Below, piece after piece: positions 50,271-63,900 of a DNA stretch of 64,000 nucleotides. Numbering within the stretch: the stretch's first letter is position 1; the number at the start of each line of letters is the position of its first letter. Source of the stretch: Haplodiscus bocki (taxonomy: Eukaryota). The DNA is taken from positions 56,792,001 to 56,856,000 of the forward strand of contig OZ296651.1 of the NCBI GenBank assembly GCA_965655095.1, written 5' to 3'. The notes under the pieces were generated by a model. It saw only the letters and a list, made by a program, of their open reading frames with translations, did not search any database and was not told the DNA's origin. The position numbers and the translations under genes are program-made.

Positions 50271-50901
50271 CTATTATTGCTCCCCAATTATAGTTAACAC
50301 TGTCCATTCTGATCTAGTGAACATGAATGGAAAGTTGTATCTGCACAGGAAGTTCGACAATTTTAGACGAGCAAACGTCTATCACTTAAAAGGAAGAAAA
50401 GAATGCTCACACGATCAATCCAGCATACATTTGAATCTATCAAAAGTCAATTTCGTTCAATTGAATCAACTCTTGCCAATTTGCCCATTGAATGAGAAGA
50501 GCGCTTTGAACAGTTTAAAAAAATTATCTGCGTTCAGAAACCTGTACTCGCATTCGTGGGAAGCTCCAAGACCATGGCATACCTTTTAGTTCAAAAATTT
50601 AATTTAATATTAGACAAAGGAACATGTACGTAAAAAATGTCATTTTAATGACTGTATTTTCTTTCACTTTCTAACGTGCGCTGATTCATTTAGCTGCATT
50701 TGGCGTTTGACAATAATCAGAACGAGCTAAAATGTGAGGGGGATATACAATTTTCCAAATCATACAAAGGTCAAAAGGAACACAAATGTCAATACACCAA
50801 CCGTCAATTGCGTCGGATACGGAATTTAAGATAGTCAGTACCATGAGATCCATTTGCTAAAAGAAAGCAAAAAGTCAAACAAAGTTCGGTTCAAAAATTA
50901 T

Positions 50902-51460
50902 ACACAGAGGCGAAGCGGAACTTCACAACACATTCTGACTTGTCAGTACCAATCACAAATTCTGAAAGCTTTTTGAAACCATGATCCGAGACATGATTGA
51001 CACTTTCGGAAATACTGTCAGCTGTCAATTAAAAGTTTGTTCGAAAAAGTCAAAAACTTGTCATTGAGACAAAAACCTATCACGGTGCCTCACATTTGAT
51101 CTGTCAGTCATGTCTTTTTAGATTACACTATTTTACAGCCCAATCTCTAAAAAATTTGCATAATTTACAACGTCAAAATGAAAAGTTACCAGCCACACAG
51201 GTATTTGATATACCAAACCTGACGTTTAAGGAGGCTGTTGTTGATTTTTCTCAGACCAATGTTTAAAAAATTAGCCCCTTTCGGAACGCGAAACACAGAG
51301 GAGTACCTGCCGATTGTCTTAAAAAATTAGTTTTTTTACCGTTGACACTAGGCCTTTTGATGACGTCAAAAGATGCAAGTTTTGGATTGGACAGGATAAA
51401 AAAATGGGCATAAACCGGTCTCAATACACATTTGTCCTTTCAGTCAGAATGTGTAGATGC
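50902..51460 (-). mobile_element. Helentron-type element subfamily B
   Basis: ACACAGAGGCGAAGCGGAACTTCACAACACATTC, with body homologous to 5684-6600. Confidence 0.55.
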
Positions 51461-52053
51461 TTCAACAATGAATAGAGATTCGAAGTAAAGTGCACTCTCG
51501 ACTATCCGCCAATTCGCAAAACCGCCATAAATGACCTGGTACTGATTTTCTGCCGCTTGAATTGCCACCAAAATCATATATCCATCTTCATCCCTTGAAA
51601 TTTTTCAAAATTATTGCCAAAACTTCCAATTATCCGCCATGAAATAGCCCAATGGCCCCACCAGAATGTGGCAGTAGATTGGGAGTGCACTGTACAATGG
51701 ACACATGTTACAAAGTACTATTTTGCTAATTACACAATCACGAAAACCTTACAGAGTATATGCTCTTGAAGTTAAATAAAAGCAGTGAAGTAACTTTAAC
51801 GAGCAGAGTTGCACGCACAATCCACACGGAGGCGCAGCTTTGCTTCGCATACATTTTCGACGATAGTGAGCAAAGGATATCGATTTATGACCACCCGACG
51901 AAAATGGTTTAATTGATTGTCGTTGTTTTCAACATGAAAAAAAATAGAGGAAAGATTCCACTGAGTAGAATATGGAAAATACATTTGTATGTAATGAGAA
52001 ATTCCGGCTCCCGGTCGGATTTCCTATATTGCAGGACATGCAATGGGAAATAA

Positions 52054-52450
52054 ATGGCCGCAATCCAACCAGTAGCCTTTGAGAAAAGCAATATTAAAAA
52101 AACCGCAAAAAAAAACATTCGACTCTCATAAAACAAGTGCCAATGTTTCACGCAAGGCTTAATGAACGAAAAAAGCAACACGTCCACTTCTCAGATCTCC
52201 TAAATTGCGGGAATTTGGAGGCGAATCGGATGGCCGCAATCCAACTAGTAGTTTTTGAGAAAAACAACATAAAAAAAAACGAAAAAAAAACTTTCGACTC
52301 TCATAAAACAAGTGCCAATGTTTCACGCAAGGCTTAATGAACGTAAAAAAGGGGACACGTCCACTTCTTCTCAGATTTCCTAAATTGCGGGCACTCGAAG
52401 AAAAGGATGGCCGCAATCTAACTAGTAAACTTTGAAAAAAAAAACAATTT
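52054..52450 (+). repeat. 176-177-bp tandem repeat, about 2.3 units
   Basis: ATGGCCGCAATC(C/T)AA starts at 52054, 52230 and 52407. Confidence 0.9.
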
Positions 52451-53639
52451 CGAGCAAAGCCGCGAAGCAAAGCCTTTTTGAATTTCCAACAAGTCAAGAA
52501 AGTTCGGGTGGATAGTAAAAACTGGCAGATCCCTGGTTCTCCATCGCTGCCACCTATTACGGGCTTTAAAAGAAGAACTGAAGAGTGACAATCCAGTCAG
52601 ACTTTGAGAAGAAAAATTTGAAAGACGCAAAGTAAACGTTGAAATTCACAGTCGAGAGTTCAGAAAATTCGGTTCGAATAAATAATGGGATGCTCCTTCT
52701 TCGACGCTTCAGAGAAAAACACTTCAAAAATAACGACACAGGTAAAAATATCCTTTACTTTGTAAGTGAGACTAGGCAAAAATCATCGAGTTTTTCTCAA
52801 TGTTAAACTACGGTGGGTCACTTCACTCAAAAAAAGCTTGACATAAGTCCACGTGAGGAAAAGTTTGGGAGGCAGAGACGCAGCATAAACAAATTTCACT
52901 ACCAGCGAGAACGCATATTTTGCCAGGGATAACGCAACAGTTACGACTTTTCAACGAATCGGAATAAGTGGCGGACGACCCTATTCCAAAACACTTGCTA
53001 GTCGCACGTGTAACAGAAAAGCCAAAGAGCTTCTCAAAGAAAATTCCACGAATAATCCAAAAAATGCGAACAGCAGTAACCATAAAAAGCGAGAAACGAT
53101 GCAAGCTCAAATTGTCCAGACTAAAGCCTCATTTTTGACATTTTTGCTGCAGACTGCAGCTTTATTTACTGATCTAAGAACTTCGATTTGAAAAACGCCC
53201 CTGAAGGGGCTTGAATACCAAAGCAAAATGAGGAACATCGTTTGAAGGTACCAAAATAAAAATTAGCATCCTATGGCGCGAGGAGACTCGTTCTTGGTTG
53301 CAAACAAGGATCTGATAACATAAATAAGTCTAGAAACAATTTTTAAGTGGAAATTTGTATCATTAGGATGCGCGTTTTCAACCAACTCAATGCATTTGAG
53401 GCCAAAAAATTTTGAAAAAGCAAAAGATATGTTGAATATTGTTACATATGCTTCTCAAAGTTTTTTCCGTTAAAACTTGATGAAACTCCATAAATTTGGT
53501 AACAACAAAAACACACAGTCAAAGCAGTGCCTGGCCACTTGCGACGAAAAAATAAGGAACAATTTGACAAAAAACTTCTATTTTCTGAAAAGCCTGCAAA
53601 ACTTCTGATAACAAATGAACAGAAACTTGGTTATTTCTT

Positions 53640-53883
53640 GTAAACTTATATACAAGGGAAAAACGCTATGAAAACTCATTCGTCTAATACTTTTCGAAAG
53701 AAAACTGATTCTCAAACAACAATGGCACAGTCAGTACAGCATGCGACTGAAGCGCGAAGGGTCCCATGTTCGGGCCTGGGCCACTCCATCTTTGGCCAAA
53801 ATCTAATAACTTAAGTCAGTTGTGAACAGTTGGGGAGAAAAATTTGAGACTGTGCTATAACACTTGTTGGCGGAAGTGTAATC
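53640..53883 (-). mobile_element. Partial Helentron-type element with a tRNA-like cassette (53716-53788 on +)
   Basis: TGGCACAGTCAGTACAGCATGCGACTGAAG...GTTCGGGCCTGGGCCACTCCA, then the end ACACTTGTTGGCGGAAGTGT. Confidence 0.6.
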
Positions 53884-55799
53884 AGTACTGCTTTCCAATG
53901 AAGTTTGAGCAAAAACTCTTACTCGCAAGACAACAGAGCCGAATTTCTTGAAAAAAAAACAACCTACTTTTCGTGCTTCTATTGCGCGTTCGTTTTAGAT
54001 CTTCTTTGAACGCTTAAACGGAAGGCAGTGAAATAGTTCAAAAAAATCAGAAAATAGCTTTCCCCTAAATTGAAAACTAACAAGTACTAAAAATCAAGAA
54101 AATTTTCGAAAGCTAGAACACTCAGCGGAAAGCTTAAGGGTTCTCATTACTTTGCTGCTTTTCTATGGCAAAAAATGATTCAGAAAACAGAAAAAAGCGA
54201 AAGTTCAGGAAAAAAGAATGCAACCTTCTATTTAAAAATCAATTTGAAAGGAAACTACCAAAATATACGTTTGGCAGTCTAAAAACACATATAAAACTAG
54301 TTAACGTATCCCATTAGTAGTCACAAGTGGTCTCAGTAACTAAAATAAAAGCACTAGTGGTCAACTTACAAGGTAGAAGTGTCAACTCAGCTATGTGCGG
54401 TTTAAAAAAACGGGCAGCAGCGTCGTACCTATAACATCTGTCGCCTACGGCTTCGATGTTAAAAAAGCAATCACAGTAACATATGAGGTTTTCATTCGAG
54501 AACCATACCAAACATGAGCACCCTGGGGCGCACGGAAGAATACTAATACCTAACTTACAGTAGGCTCCCCTTGAAGAATATGTAGCAAGAGCACTTAAGT
54601 TTAAACCCTATCTGAAGCAATTGTATTCAAAAGGCTGACTTGGGGAGCAAAATAACGAAAAATACGCAAAACTGCAAGCTATCGACGTTTGAGGCTGAAT
54701 CGTCAGCACCAGAACTACCTTTTCCATGAAATTTTGGAAAAATAAAGATGATTCCAAAAACTTGCATTTTGTTTTCAAAATAGCTGGGTTCGTTGTCATA
54801 AGATGATTTCGAAAGCAAACAAGCAAAATTACACGCAAACCGCAAAATTAGTTAACTTTTCGGAAGAAAAAAACGTTTAGAAACGACCATGTTTCAGGAA
54901 AATGTTCAACATATATTGGAGATTCGAAGGTCATGTCAGCTCATATTGCATTTTGATTGGTCTTCAATCTAAAAAGTAACATTGGAAGGAAAATTCCGTG
55001 AGGATAGTTGTTCGCTCAGGGTAGAAAAATTAGCTGATTTATGCTTACTTCAAACCACAAAAAACCTTCAAGAAGAACCGTCGAAACTTCTGCTGCATTT
55101 AGCAATATTTGTGCTTGTCTCTTATTAGTTTACCCCTGTGACAAGATGACAGATAAGGATGGTAAAAAAACCTGACATTAGCTATTCTACCACTTTCAAT
55201 GGCATCGAAAACGCCATTTAAACAGAATGAACTTCAATAGATGCTGAATGAAATTCTGCTCCCTGTACTAATAGGTTGCACACGCAGCTCAAAGCTGAAT
55301 TTGATATCGAAATTTTTAAAAATTCCGAGAAAATTGGGAAAACTATCAAAACTTTGGCCTACTTTAAAATACCATTTAAGACCAGCACTTTCAAATTTCG
55401 GAAAAAAAAGTTCAAAACTGAACAAACTGTATTGATTTACGATGCATGCGTCGCTGGAAAGTTTACTACCACGCCAAAAGAGCGAAAGCTGCAAAATTTA
55501 AAGCAAAAACAATCTAATTGTGTAAATTAAATTTAGGAAATCTTCGGATGTTTTTTGGTTTATTTTCAGCGGTAGAAACATCTGCTCAATTTGGAAAACG
55601 ATTCAAACTTAAATTTTTCACTAAAATGAAATCTTTGCGAAAATAGTAAATAATTTCAAAAAGTTTTAATGCGGAGGAACGCTCCAAAAAATTTTCAGAA
55701 GACAGAAATTAGATCTCTTCCAACTGACAAATAAGTGTTTTGCTACACCAAAAACAAAAAAAGCAAACAAAGAGGGAAGGAAATTTCGACCACAAAAAA

Positions 55800-56020
55800 A
55801 TTGCGGACGGTCGTACTAACAAAGCGCATATGGCTGTCGTCATTGACCACTATTCCAAATGCTACTTCATTATGCCTAGACTCATCCCAGTATCATATTG
55901 TGCGAGTTCTGAAACGCAAAATTCCGGACAGTCGTACTAACCGAGCGCATTGACTGTCTTCATCAGCCCGAATGCTATTTGACTATACCTAGATTCATCC
56001 CAACATTATCTTGCGCCACT
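55800..56020. repeat. Diverged ~120-bp tandem duplication
   Basis: ATT(G/C)CGGAC(G/A)GTCGTACTAAC...CCTAGA(C/T)TCATCCCA occurs twice. Confidence 0.75.
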
Positions 56021-56839
56021 TGTGAACGATATCACAAAAAAGCGGGTCAACCGTAATAAGCTGGCGGTTTGACAGCTTGATTAATAACAAGAAAAAGGAA
56101 AAACTAACCTCTCCAGCTCAGCACTCTCTTCAGCTAACCATTGATTGAATAGACATTAGATTGGTGCACTTAGAAGGCCAATAGTTTTTGAATCTTGTTT
56201 GCAAAAAAAGACGAGGAGCAAAATCTCAAAATTCGCATTTCAGAATATAATTGGAAGAAATACGAAAATACAAGTTCCGTTAGTTAAGCAATCCTGCAGA
56301 GAATGGGTGGCAGAAAAAGCGCTCAATGGTTGCACTAGGGTTAATAGTTTTTGAGAGAAGCATAATCGATTAATAAAATAGGAAGTCCATCAATTATCAC
56401 AATTCAAAAGATGATAAAATCCGGAAAAAGAAAGAAAATAGAAACATCTGCTGCTCAGCAATCTCGAGGTACTGAGTGAAACAAAAATATTAGATGGTTT
56501 CACTTGCGTCAATAATCGACGAGATGCATGTTCGACAAACAGAAAAAACCCTCGCATTTCAGAAAATAACAAATGGCACAAAAAATGCTGATGAAAACCC
56601 CTGCTGCTCAGCACGCTCCAGCAAACGAGAGACTGAACAAGCTCTGGATGATTGCACTCAAGTTTCTAAGATGCACATTTTGAAAAAAAAAGACGCGACT
56701 AAAAACCTTATAACTTGAAAAGCTCACTCATAGTAGACTGAATCAAGAGTTTGCTTACTCAATTCCAATAGTACAATCAATCAGCCATTTCAGACAAACA
56801 AGTAAAAACGAAAATCGCAGCCAGCAAACAATGCAATAA

Positions 56840-57900
56840 AAAGGTCTTATATAACAAGCGGCAGCGAAGCTGCAATTGCGATTTTTTGACAAGAGTAAAA
56901 AAGAGGGGTCTGACTTCATAAAACTTGGTTGCGCAAGCGTAAGAGGGGGGCAAAGCTGCTCTCCGCAAACACTTGATAAAATTTAAGGAAAAGCAAACCA
57001 AAAAAATCCTTTTCACTATCACCAGAAAGGACGTAAAATTGCCCAATTATTTCCACTGCAGTACAGAGAAGCCAACAGTTGTCCGTCATAAAGTCGGTCG
57101 CAGGCAGGAAGCTGGTTTCAAATGCACAAAGAAGAAACCTAAGCCGCACAAAAATGAAGTTTGCGGAAAAGATTAAGAGAAGAACCTCTCGGAAAATTTT
57201 TGACGCACGGAAGAGAAATGATCTGTTATCTCTCCTACCAGATACTCTCAACTCAGAGACCGACGTTTATACAACAACAACCAAAAAACTTGTGATACCT
57301 CTTCGTCAGGTATGAACGCACTTTTGCCAAAATACAGATTCAAAACAGTCTGGAAATTCTGCAAAGCATGTACCCAAAAATTGCCGCAGGAAAAAAATTG
57401 ATGAGAGCTTTTGAAATACGGACATTCCCCAAAAATCTACGATACGGAAAAAAAAACTGATAAATCTCTGTATGCGCCGAACATTTTAGAACATGCATAG
57501 TGTCAAAAAAATCGTGTGCACGCGGGGTGTATGGAAGAAATCCGGAAAAGAAATTGAGTAAACTTTTCCCGAACTACATCGTAAGAAATATCAAAAAATG
57601 TGGCACCCATGATCCGGCGACATTTCCTGCAGAACAAACTTTACAAATAAAGTCTTTCATACCCTCGGTGGATATACAACAAAAGAATTGCGGGAAGCAA
57701 TGGAAAAAGATCAAGAAACATTCGACTATACAGAAAAATCCGGTAACCATCTTATGAGCCGAAACTTTTCCAAAAACGCATTTTTCCCCACACACCCTCC
57801 GAGATTTTGAAGAATACGGAAATATCCCCGATGTCAAAAGAAAGAACATTTTGGTAATTCAGCTGGAAAGCGAGTTCGTCACCCGCCTTCCGCACAAATG
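56840..57900 (+). mobile_element. Degraded Polinton-type retroviral-like integrase
   Basis: Fragments RAFEIRTFPKNL, KYQKMWH and SYEPKLFQKRIF occur in the order expected for Polinton integrase motifs (AF..PKNL, KMW, GYxPxF). The frames are broken. Confidence 0.4.
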
Positions 57901-59089
57901 ATACGCGTCCGACTATTCTGTTCATAACTGTGTAATTATTTTTTTCCGCCCATATTTAACATAGGCACGAAAATCAACCACACAAAGCGAAGGTTTTTTT
58001 CCTATTGATTATGTTCGATGTAAAGCTTATATAGTCTATAGTAGGATTTCTAAAAACGTACGCGAAAGGAACGATGGGCTCTTTCAAAAACTTTGTTTTT
58101 TCAAATTAAGAAAAAGATGGCAAACTTGGGGTAGAAGGCGCATGAGATCATATTATTTCATAAAAAAGTCAACTACCTGAACTGAGGGTTTTTTGCAGAA
58201 ATCGGAAAAATAAATTTGGAAAAAGGTAGTATATTTTCGAGAAAACTATTTCATCGTACTGAAAGGTATCTTTAGCAAAGATAGAGGGCAAAAAAAAGCC
58301 CACGGTGGCCGATCATTTTGGTAATATTGCTGAACTCCACAGAGAAGAGAAGCAAAAACGTCCCTTCACATGCAGTTGGAATTAAATGGAGTCTAAATGA
58401 CCCAGCGATTACGAATCTATGAGTAAAATTAATGCGGAAAATTCATTTTTTATTTTCTCCTTCTTAACTCTACTAGGGAAGTCCGCATGGTCCCTCCCCC
58501 ACTGCCACAAAGTCTCGCTGCGTTTTTGAAGACACTGAAGACAAAAACATTGAAGACAACATTAGTACACCGTCAAATTGAAAATTTCTGAAGGCTAAAA
58601 AACTTGTTTGATGTATTCAAGTCAACAATTTTCTCAAAAAATTACAAAAAAAACAATCCAAACTACTTTGCATTACATGTAAACCTTTAATAAATGAATC
58701 AGCGCTGCATGGTCTTCGGCCGAAAACAAGTCATAAAGAGGAAAGAGTTTTAACGATGAAGGCAAGTAAAAACAGAAAACTAATGCATTTCGCGCAAAAA
58801 GCCCTAACTCTGTCACAAACACAGTGGCGAAGATTGGTAACACTTGCGCCAACGGAACTAATGAATGAACTGGAAAAGTATATTTGACTTTGAAGAGGCC
58901 ATAATACTACGAAAATTACAGGAATTTAATTAACTCAGTAAACTCTTTTAGTTTCCGCCATATTGAAAAAACGGAAAGCAAAATCTTCCTCTCACATAGG
59001 TGCGTTTTTTTACTTGATTTTTGCCAATTAAGCTCGCTCGCCCAAACGAGCCAATATCGGTTGCGTCTGAATCTCAAATTTTTTTCATC

Positions 59090-60310
59090 AAATTGTAGCA
59101 AATTTGCCTCAGAATGCGACTGAAATCTCAAAACGTTCAAAATTTAAGTTTTTTTAAAAAAAAAATAGATGGGCTTTTCGAAAAAAAAAACTTGTTTCTA
59201 AAAATCGCTAAAGGTAGTAAATTTGCTGTAGAATGCGTATCACATGTTAATGTTTCTAAAAAATGTCTCTTACGCCTTCATTGTGAGGTTTTTTTTGGCA
59301 AAAAGTGAGAAAACTTTAAACGTTGGAAAAATAAGAAAATATGAAGAAAGAGTGTTTTTCGAGGAAAAAACGTTTTCATCTTTTAAAATTGCAAGTTTAC
59401 CAAATTGGGAAGGCGCAAAATATGACGGTACTAGCCGGCCATCTTGTCTATATGTATATGTATGAGATGAGAACAGCTCCAGGATTCAATTCGCTTCATA
59501 TTTGTTTACAACAAACGCGCAGGCTGGAAATGGGCTATGTGAAAAAAATTTAGCAAAAAAGCGAGAACGCAAGAACAATATCTAAACAACATTAGACTGT
59601 AGGCACAAATGCGAGTTGAGAACGGATCGGGAGAAAAAAGGAAGCTGTCGTGATTTAGCAAATGCTTGCACTAATCTAAGAAAACGGTTGCAATCGGATT
59701 GATAGCCACGGAAAAAGCAAGCTTGAAACTGATGAAAAATCTTTATTCACTTTTACAATGAACGCTCCAGCAATTTAAATTTAGACGAATATTGTTTGTG
59801 CAATTTCGAGAGCAAACAGCGAAGTTAGTACACTGAACGCTTTCAGAGTCAGCAAAATGCCGGTTCAACCTCCACAAAAGTCAGCCCATTTTCAACTAAA
59901 GAATTTCGGAAAAATTTCGAGTTTGAACGAAAAGTAAACTCAACAAGACACCCGAATACCTCCAGGATATCCCCCCCCCAATTTTGTTAGGATGCTTTTC
60001 AGAAGGATAAAACAGCTTTTTTTTTTCAAAATACTGTTTCTTCATCATATTTCCTAACTTTTCCAAAATTTAAATTTCTCTGATTTTTGCCTAAAACCCT
60101 TGAAAAAAAGGAAATTCTCAAGGAAAAATGCCATCTCAGACGCATTCCAGAGAAAATTTGCCACACGCAAATATTTTGAAAAATTTCAAGGTTTTTTTGT
60201 CGAAAAAATCCATCTAGTTTTCCAAAAAGAAAACCCAAATTTTGAGCGTTTTGAGAATTCTTAGTGTTCCAGTCGCATTCTACGGCAAATTTGCTTAAAC
60301 TTGGTGAAAA
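59090..60310. repeat. Two inverted copies of an interspersed repeat (about 59090-59360 on +, about 60030-60310 on -)
   Basis: AAATTTGCC..AGAATGCGACTG...CTCAAAACG(T/C)TCAAAATTT...GAAATATGA occurs in opposite orientations. Confidence 0.75.
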
Positions 60311-60703
60311 ATTATTTTCATATTCAGAGGTGAACAAAAATGACGATGTTTGCATGAACGCAATTGGCAAACATCGGGTAAAAAAACGTCGGAAATAGCC
60401 TATTTGAGAGATTTTGCTTCCATATTTAAAATATGGCGCAAACTAAAAACTCCCGTGAAGAACATTACACTCATTTCGCTCGACTCAGAAAAAATAGCAA
60501 AGAGCGAAACTAAACCTCGAAGAGCTGGCGGAACGAATCCTTCAAGTTTTTTTTGAGAGTTCGGAGCAGCATTACTCATCAACTCCACAAAAAAACCAGG
60601 CAAAAGTAATGTGAAACTTATCGAAAAGAACCTATAATTCATTGAAAAATTGGAGCTTGACAGGCAACAACTTTTGGGATTTTCTCCGAAAAATACAGAG
60701 CCT

Positions 60704-60806
60704 TTCCTTCGACCAACAGCGACTTAACTATGGGGTTTTTGATTTAATTTGGATTTTCCTTCGGCCAACAGCGACTTAACTATGAGGTTTTTCATTTAAT
60801 TTGGAT
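60704..60806. repeat. ~52-bp tandem duplication next to the gap
   Basis: TTCCTTCG(A/G)CCAACAGCGACTTAACTATG...TTTAATTTGGAT x2. Confidence 0.85.
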
Positions 60807-60879
60807 AACTATACTTGAAATGGTCATCCTCGGTTGCCATGAACCTAGATGTTGGCCAAAGAGAGGGCGATAGACAGAC

Positions 60880-61007
60880 NNNNNNNNNNNNNNNNNNNNN
60901 NNNNNNNNNNNNNNNNNNNNNNNNNNNNNNNNNNNNNNNNNNNNNNNNNNNNNNNNNNNNNNNNNNNNNNNNNNNNNNNNNNNNNNNNNNNNNNNNNNNN
61001 NNNNNNN
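60880..61007. other. Assembly gap (N run)
   Basis: 128 N bases. Confidence 1.
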
Positions 61008-61399
61008 AAATAATGATACTAACAATATCGAAAAAAAACGATACTGAAAATAACAATATTATCAATAACAATATTATTAGAAATAAAAATAACAATTACA
61101 TATTCACTCAAGGGAGGAGACCCGGAGATGACTGGTAACGGGAGTCTGTGATCCACCCACAATTAAGTCTCGAAGTTCGGGTAGAGCCAAGTCAAGTTCA
61201 AACTACTAATGACGAAGTTCTCTCGGTGTTCTAGAGGACTAACGATTGTGACTTTCGACATTCTAATGTTTTCGAGACCACAGCACCGATGAAGTAGGTA
61301 CCATGGAAACCTTTGAGAGGGACATAGAGAGCGGTACCTACAGAAAAAATGTTTGGATTAGTTCAAAATTACTGAGATTAAAGGTAGTTTATAGCTTAT

Positions 61400-63440
61400 G
61401 GTGGTAGCATATCTGAATTTGTTGACGAGTACAAGAGCTTAAATGTTCAGGTATATTTCGAGCAGTTCTCGTTTAGCTGTACAGTACAGAAACACTGCGG
61501 TTGATCGCTTGCTTGATTCTTTTGATTCTCGCTGGAGGACCATTGAATAGATTCTGAGCAGACCTACGGTTGAGCCCATTGGAAATTTCCTAACAAGGAA
61601 GTTCATTTACACAAGGTTTTCGATGGCTTCTTTCAATGATCGCCGTTCGAGTTCCAACAATTCAATAACATGTCATTCGTACACAGTGTGATTTCATCAC
61701 AAACAAATGTTTTCGCAGTGTTCAAGTTTTGTCCTGAAGTACATCAAGTTCATTTTTTTTCGTCAAGAGAATGATCATAAATTTAAATTGGTTTTACATT
61801 TGCAACCATACACCAGCAAACCAAACGGCATAGTAGAAATTACATTGACTTCAACTGGACTGACTATAGTTTAAAAAGTGTTTTCTTGGTACAAAATGTT
61901 TTGGCTTACATTTACTTTCATGCTGTTCTCCGTCACTAGAAAACTGAGTCAATATGCGACTGGAAGGAAAAGTCAGAATCAATGGTTATGTTCAGCTGTT
62001 TAGAACTGTTAGTTGCAGTAATGAGCGATTTAAATACTAGATTGAAGTGTTGCCGAGAAATTGAAGTACTGGAGCCTATTAACATTTTAAGTTTCACTTA
62101 TAATCCCCACCATTCAAATTGCAACAAGACGATTGGACATTTCCATTACATGCAATTTTGAGTTTTCAGCTGTTCGAACAATAAAATCAGTTCAGTGAAA
62201 TTGGAGGCTTCGGGCAGGTCATTTCTGTATTTTAGAAAGAAATGGCCCTAAAAAAGATCCTTGAAAAAACACCACAGCTTATCATCACCCAATTCGCAGT
62301 TGCGTCAACCAGCAGCACCCGTGATTGTATTTCAGATAGTTGGCTGGCGAACCAATTATAAGATTTATTATGCGACCTCATAGTCTTCAATATCTTCACT
62401 AGTCAAAGTTTATCATAAGTTCAAAAGCTTTCACCAAATCATAAAAATTATGGCAATTGTGTTAAGCTGTTGACGTAATTGTGCTGTCAGTTCAACAAAA
62501 GCATCTCAAAAGTGAAGTGTTTCCTCCTAGAACCAAACTTTGTCAAGGAAAAGATCAAATTTTTGATTTGAAAAATTCTTCGAAAGGACCAAACTTTTTA
62601 CAAGTATGGAGCTCACAGCATTCAGTGCAATGGTGCGTGAGTTTTTATGCAGTCTGAAGCAATTGCGACCAGAGGGATGCTTTAAAAGGGAAATGAAAGA
62701 CAACTCGATGAAAAAACATGCTTATAGTTGCAGTCTTTCATAGTTCAAATGTACAAAAGACAAGTCTTCCAGAAAAATCGGGATATTCGTTACATATGGC
62801 CGACTGTAAAACTATAAAAACGGTCATTTCTGACAAAAAAAATCGGAATTGAGGAAAACTTTTGCAAAATTTCGTATTTAATTATGCTGGAAACGTACTT
62901 AGAGACAAGATTCGTAGAGCAGAAGAGCAAAAGTATCCAGAAAAGCAAAAATTGAGTTATTGAAAACTGAAACACTTCCTCAAAGTTTACATTGGTACTA
63001 AATTGGTCAAGTTCAGCGCAAAAAAAACCTTCCTTGGGAGAAAAAAGGGCAATTACCGAATATTCCAGCACAAGCAAAAGCAAAGCCGGTCAAGGCTGAT
63101 AGCGCTTCGAAGAATTTCGAGATGACCATCTAGAGGAGTTCTGCGTAAGGGGGTGCTTGTAGCGAGAACTATTCATCCCGAGAAAATTTGACTTCAACAA
63201 GAAGCTCATCGAATAGATCAGAGAACATGCAAAGGACTATGCGTTCGTCGGGACACTACGGTCAGTTAATATTGAAAACTTAATCTTACTGAAACTGCTC
63301 CGGCCAATTCAATCGGTTAGCTCGCACTCCAAATCCCAAGTACCCAAGTTGAAATACAAGAACTAATTTTACGATGTTTGTGACTCCATGCCTGTCCATG
63401 ACTTGGAAATGGCAAGGATCTCATCATGGCAGTCCACGGG
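61400..63440 (-). mobile_element. Degraded Gypsy pol (RT, RNase H, integrase)
   Basis: In minus-strand order: SLPFPSHGQAW...ISTWVLGIW (similar to YPLPRID...FSTLDLxSGYW), an RNase H-like segment, QFEWWGL (similar to RFYWPGM), and GQNLN...NSNG (integrase core). Confidence 0.5.
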
Positions 63441-63559
63441 ATTAGAATTGGTAGGAAGAAAAAAAAAGTTTGGTCCTTCAAGAAATATATCAACACAGCA
63501 TAGGTATAAGACGTAATGATATGAAATATCAAAAAAACTATACACCAAAACTAACAAAT

Positions 63560-63900
63560 GGTTTGAGGAGATCGAGTACGGTATCGCCTCATCGACAGAC
63601 ACTTTCCGTGATGGATTGAACACTAAACGAAAGGTATAAAAAATGAAACTCCGCCTCATAAAGCATAAAGTTAAGACAAGAAGCTACCTTTATCTTACGT
63701 CATTTTTGAATTGTACAGTACCTCCAAAAAGGCCACAACACGTATCCAAAAAGGCCACAACACGTAAAAACATCTTGCAAGATTACGTGAGCCTGTTAAC
63801 ATTCACCATACAATCACTGAAAAGCGCCTTCATTCTTGGAATTCATCAAAAGCCCATAACAAAAAGACTACGAAAAGTTGGCAAAAAAACAAGTCGAGAC
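63560..63900 (-). mobile_element. piggyBac transposase relic
   Basis: FRLVFNPSRKVSVDEAIPY matches the piggyBac motif around the first catalytic Asp (PxxxLSVDExMxP[FY]). Confidence 0.6.

Noticed and set aside
60792-61138. ORFs spanning the N run
   Set aside because: They are artefacts of translating across the gap.
61160-61337. Exon-like segment with LLHRCCG, candidate prominin Cys-rich loop
   Set aside because: No flanking transmembrane segments, and it cannot be linked to the model.
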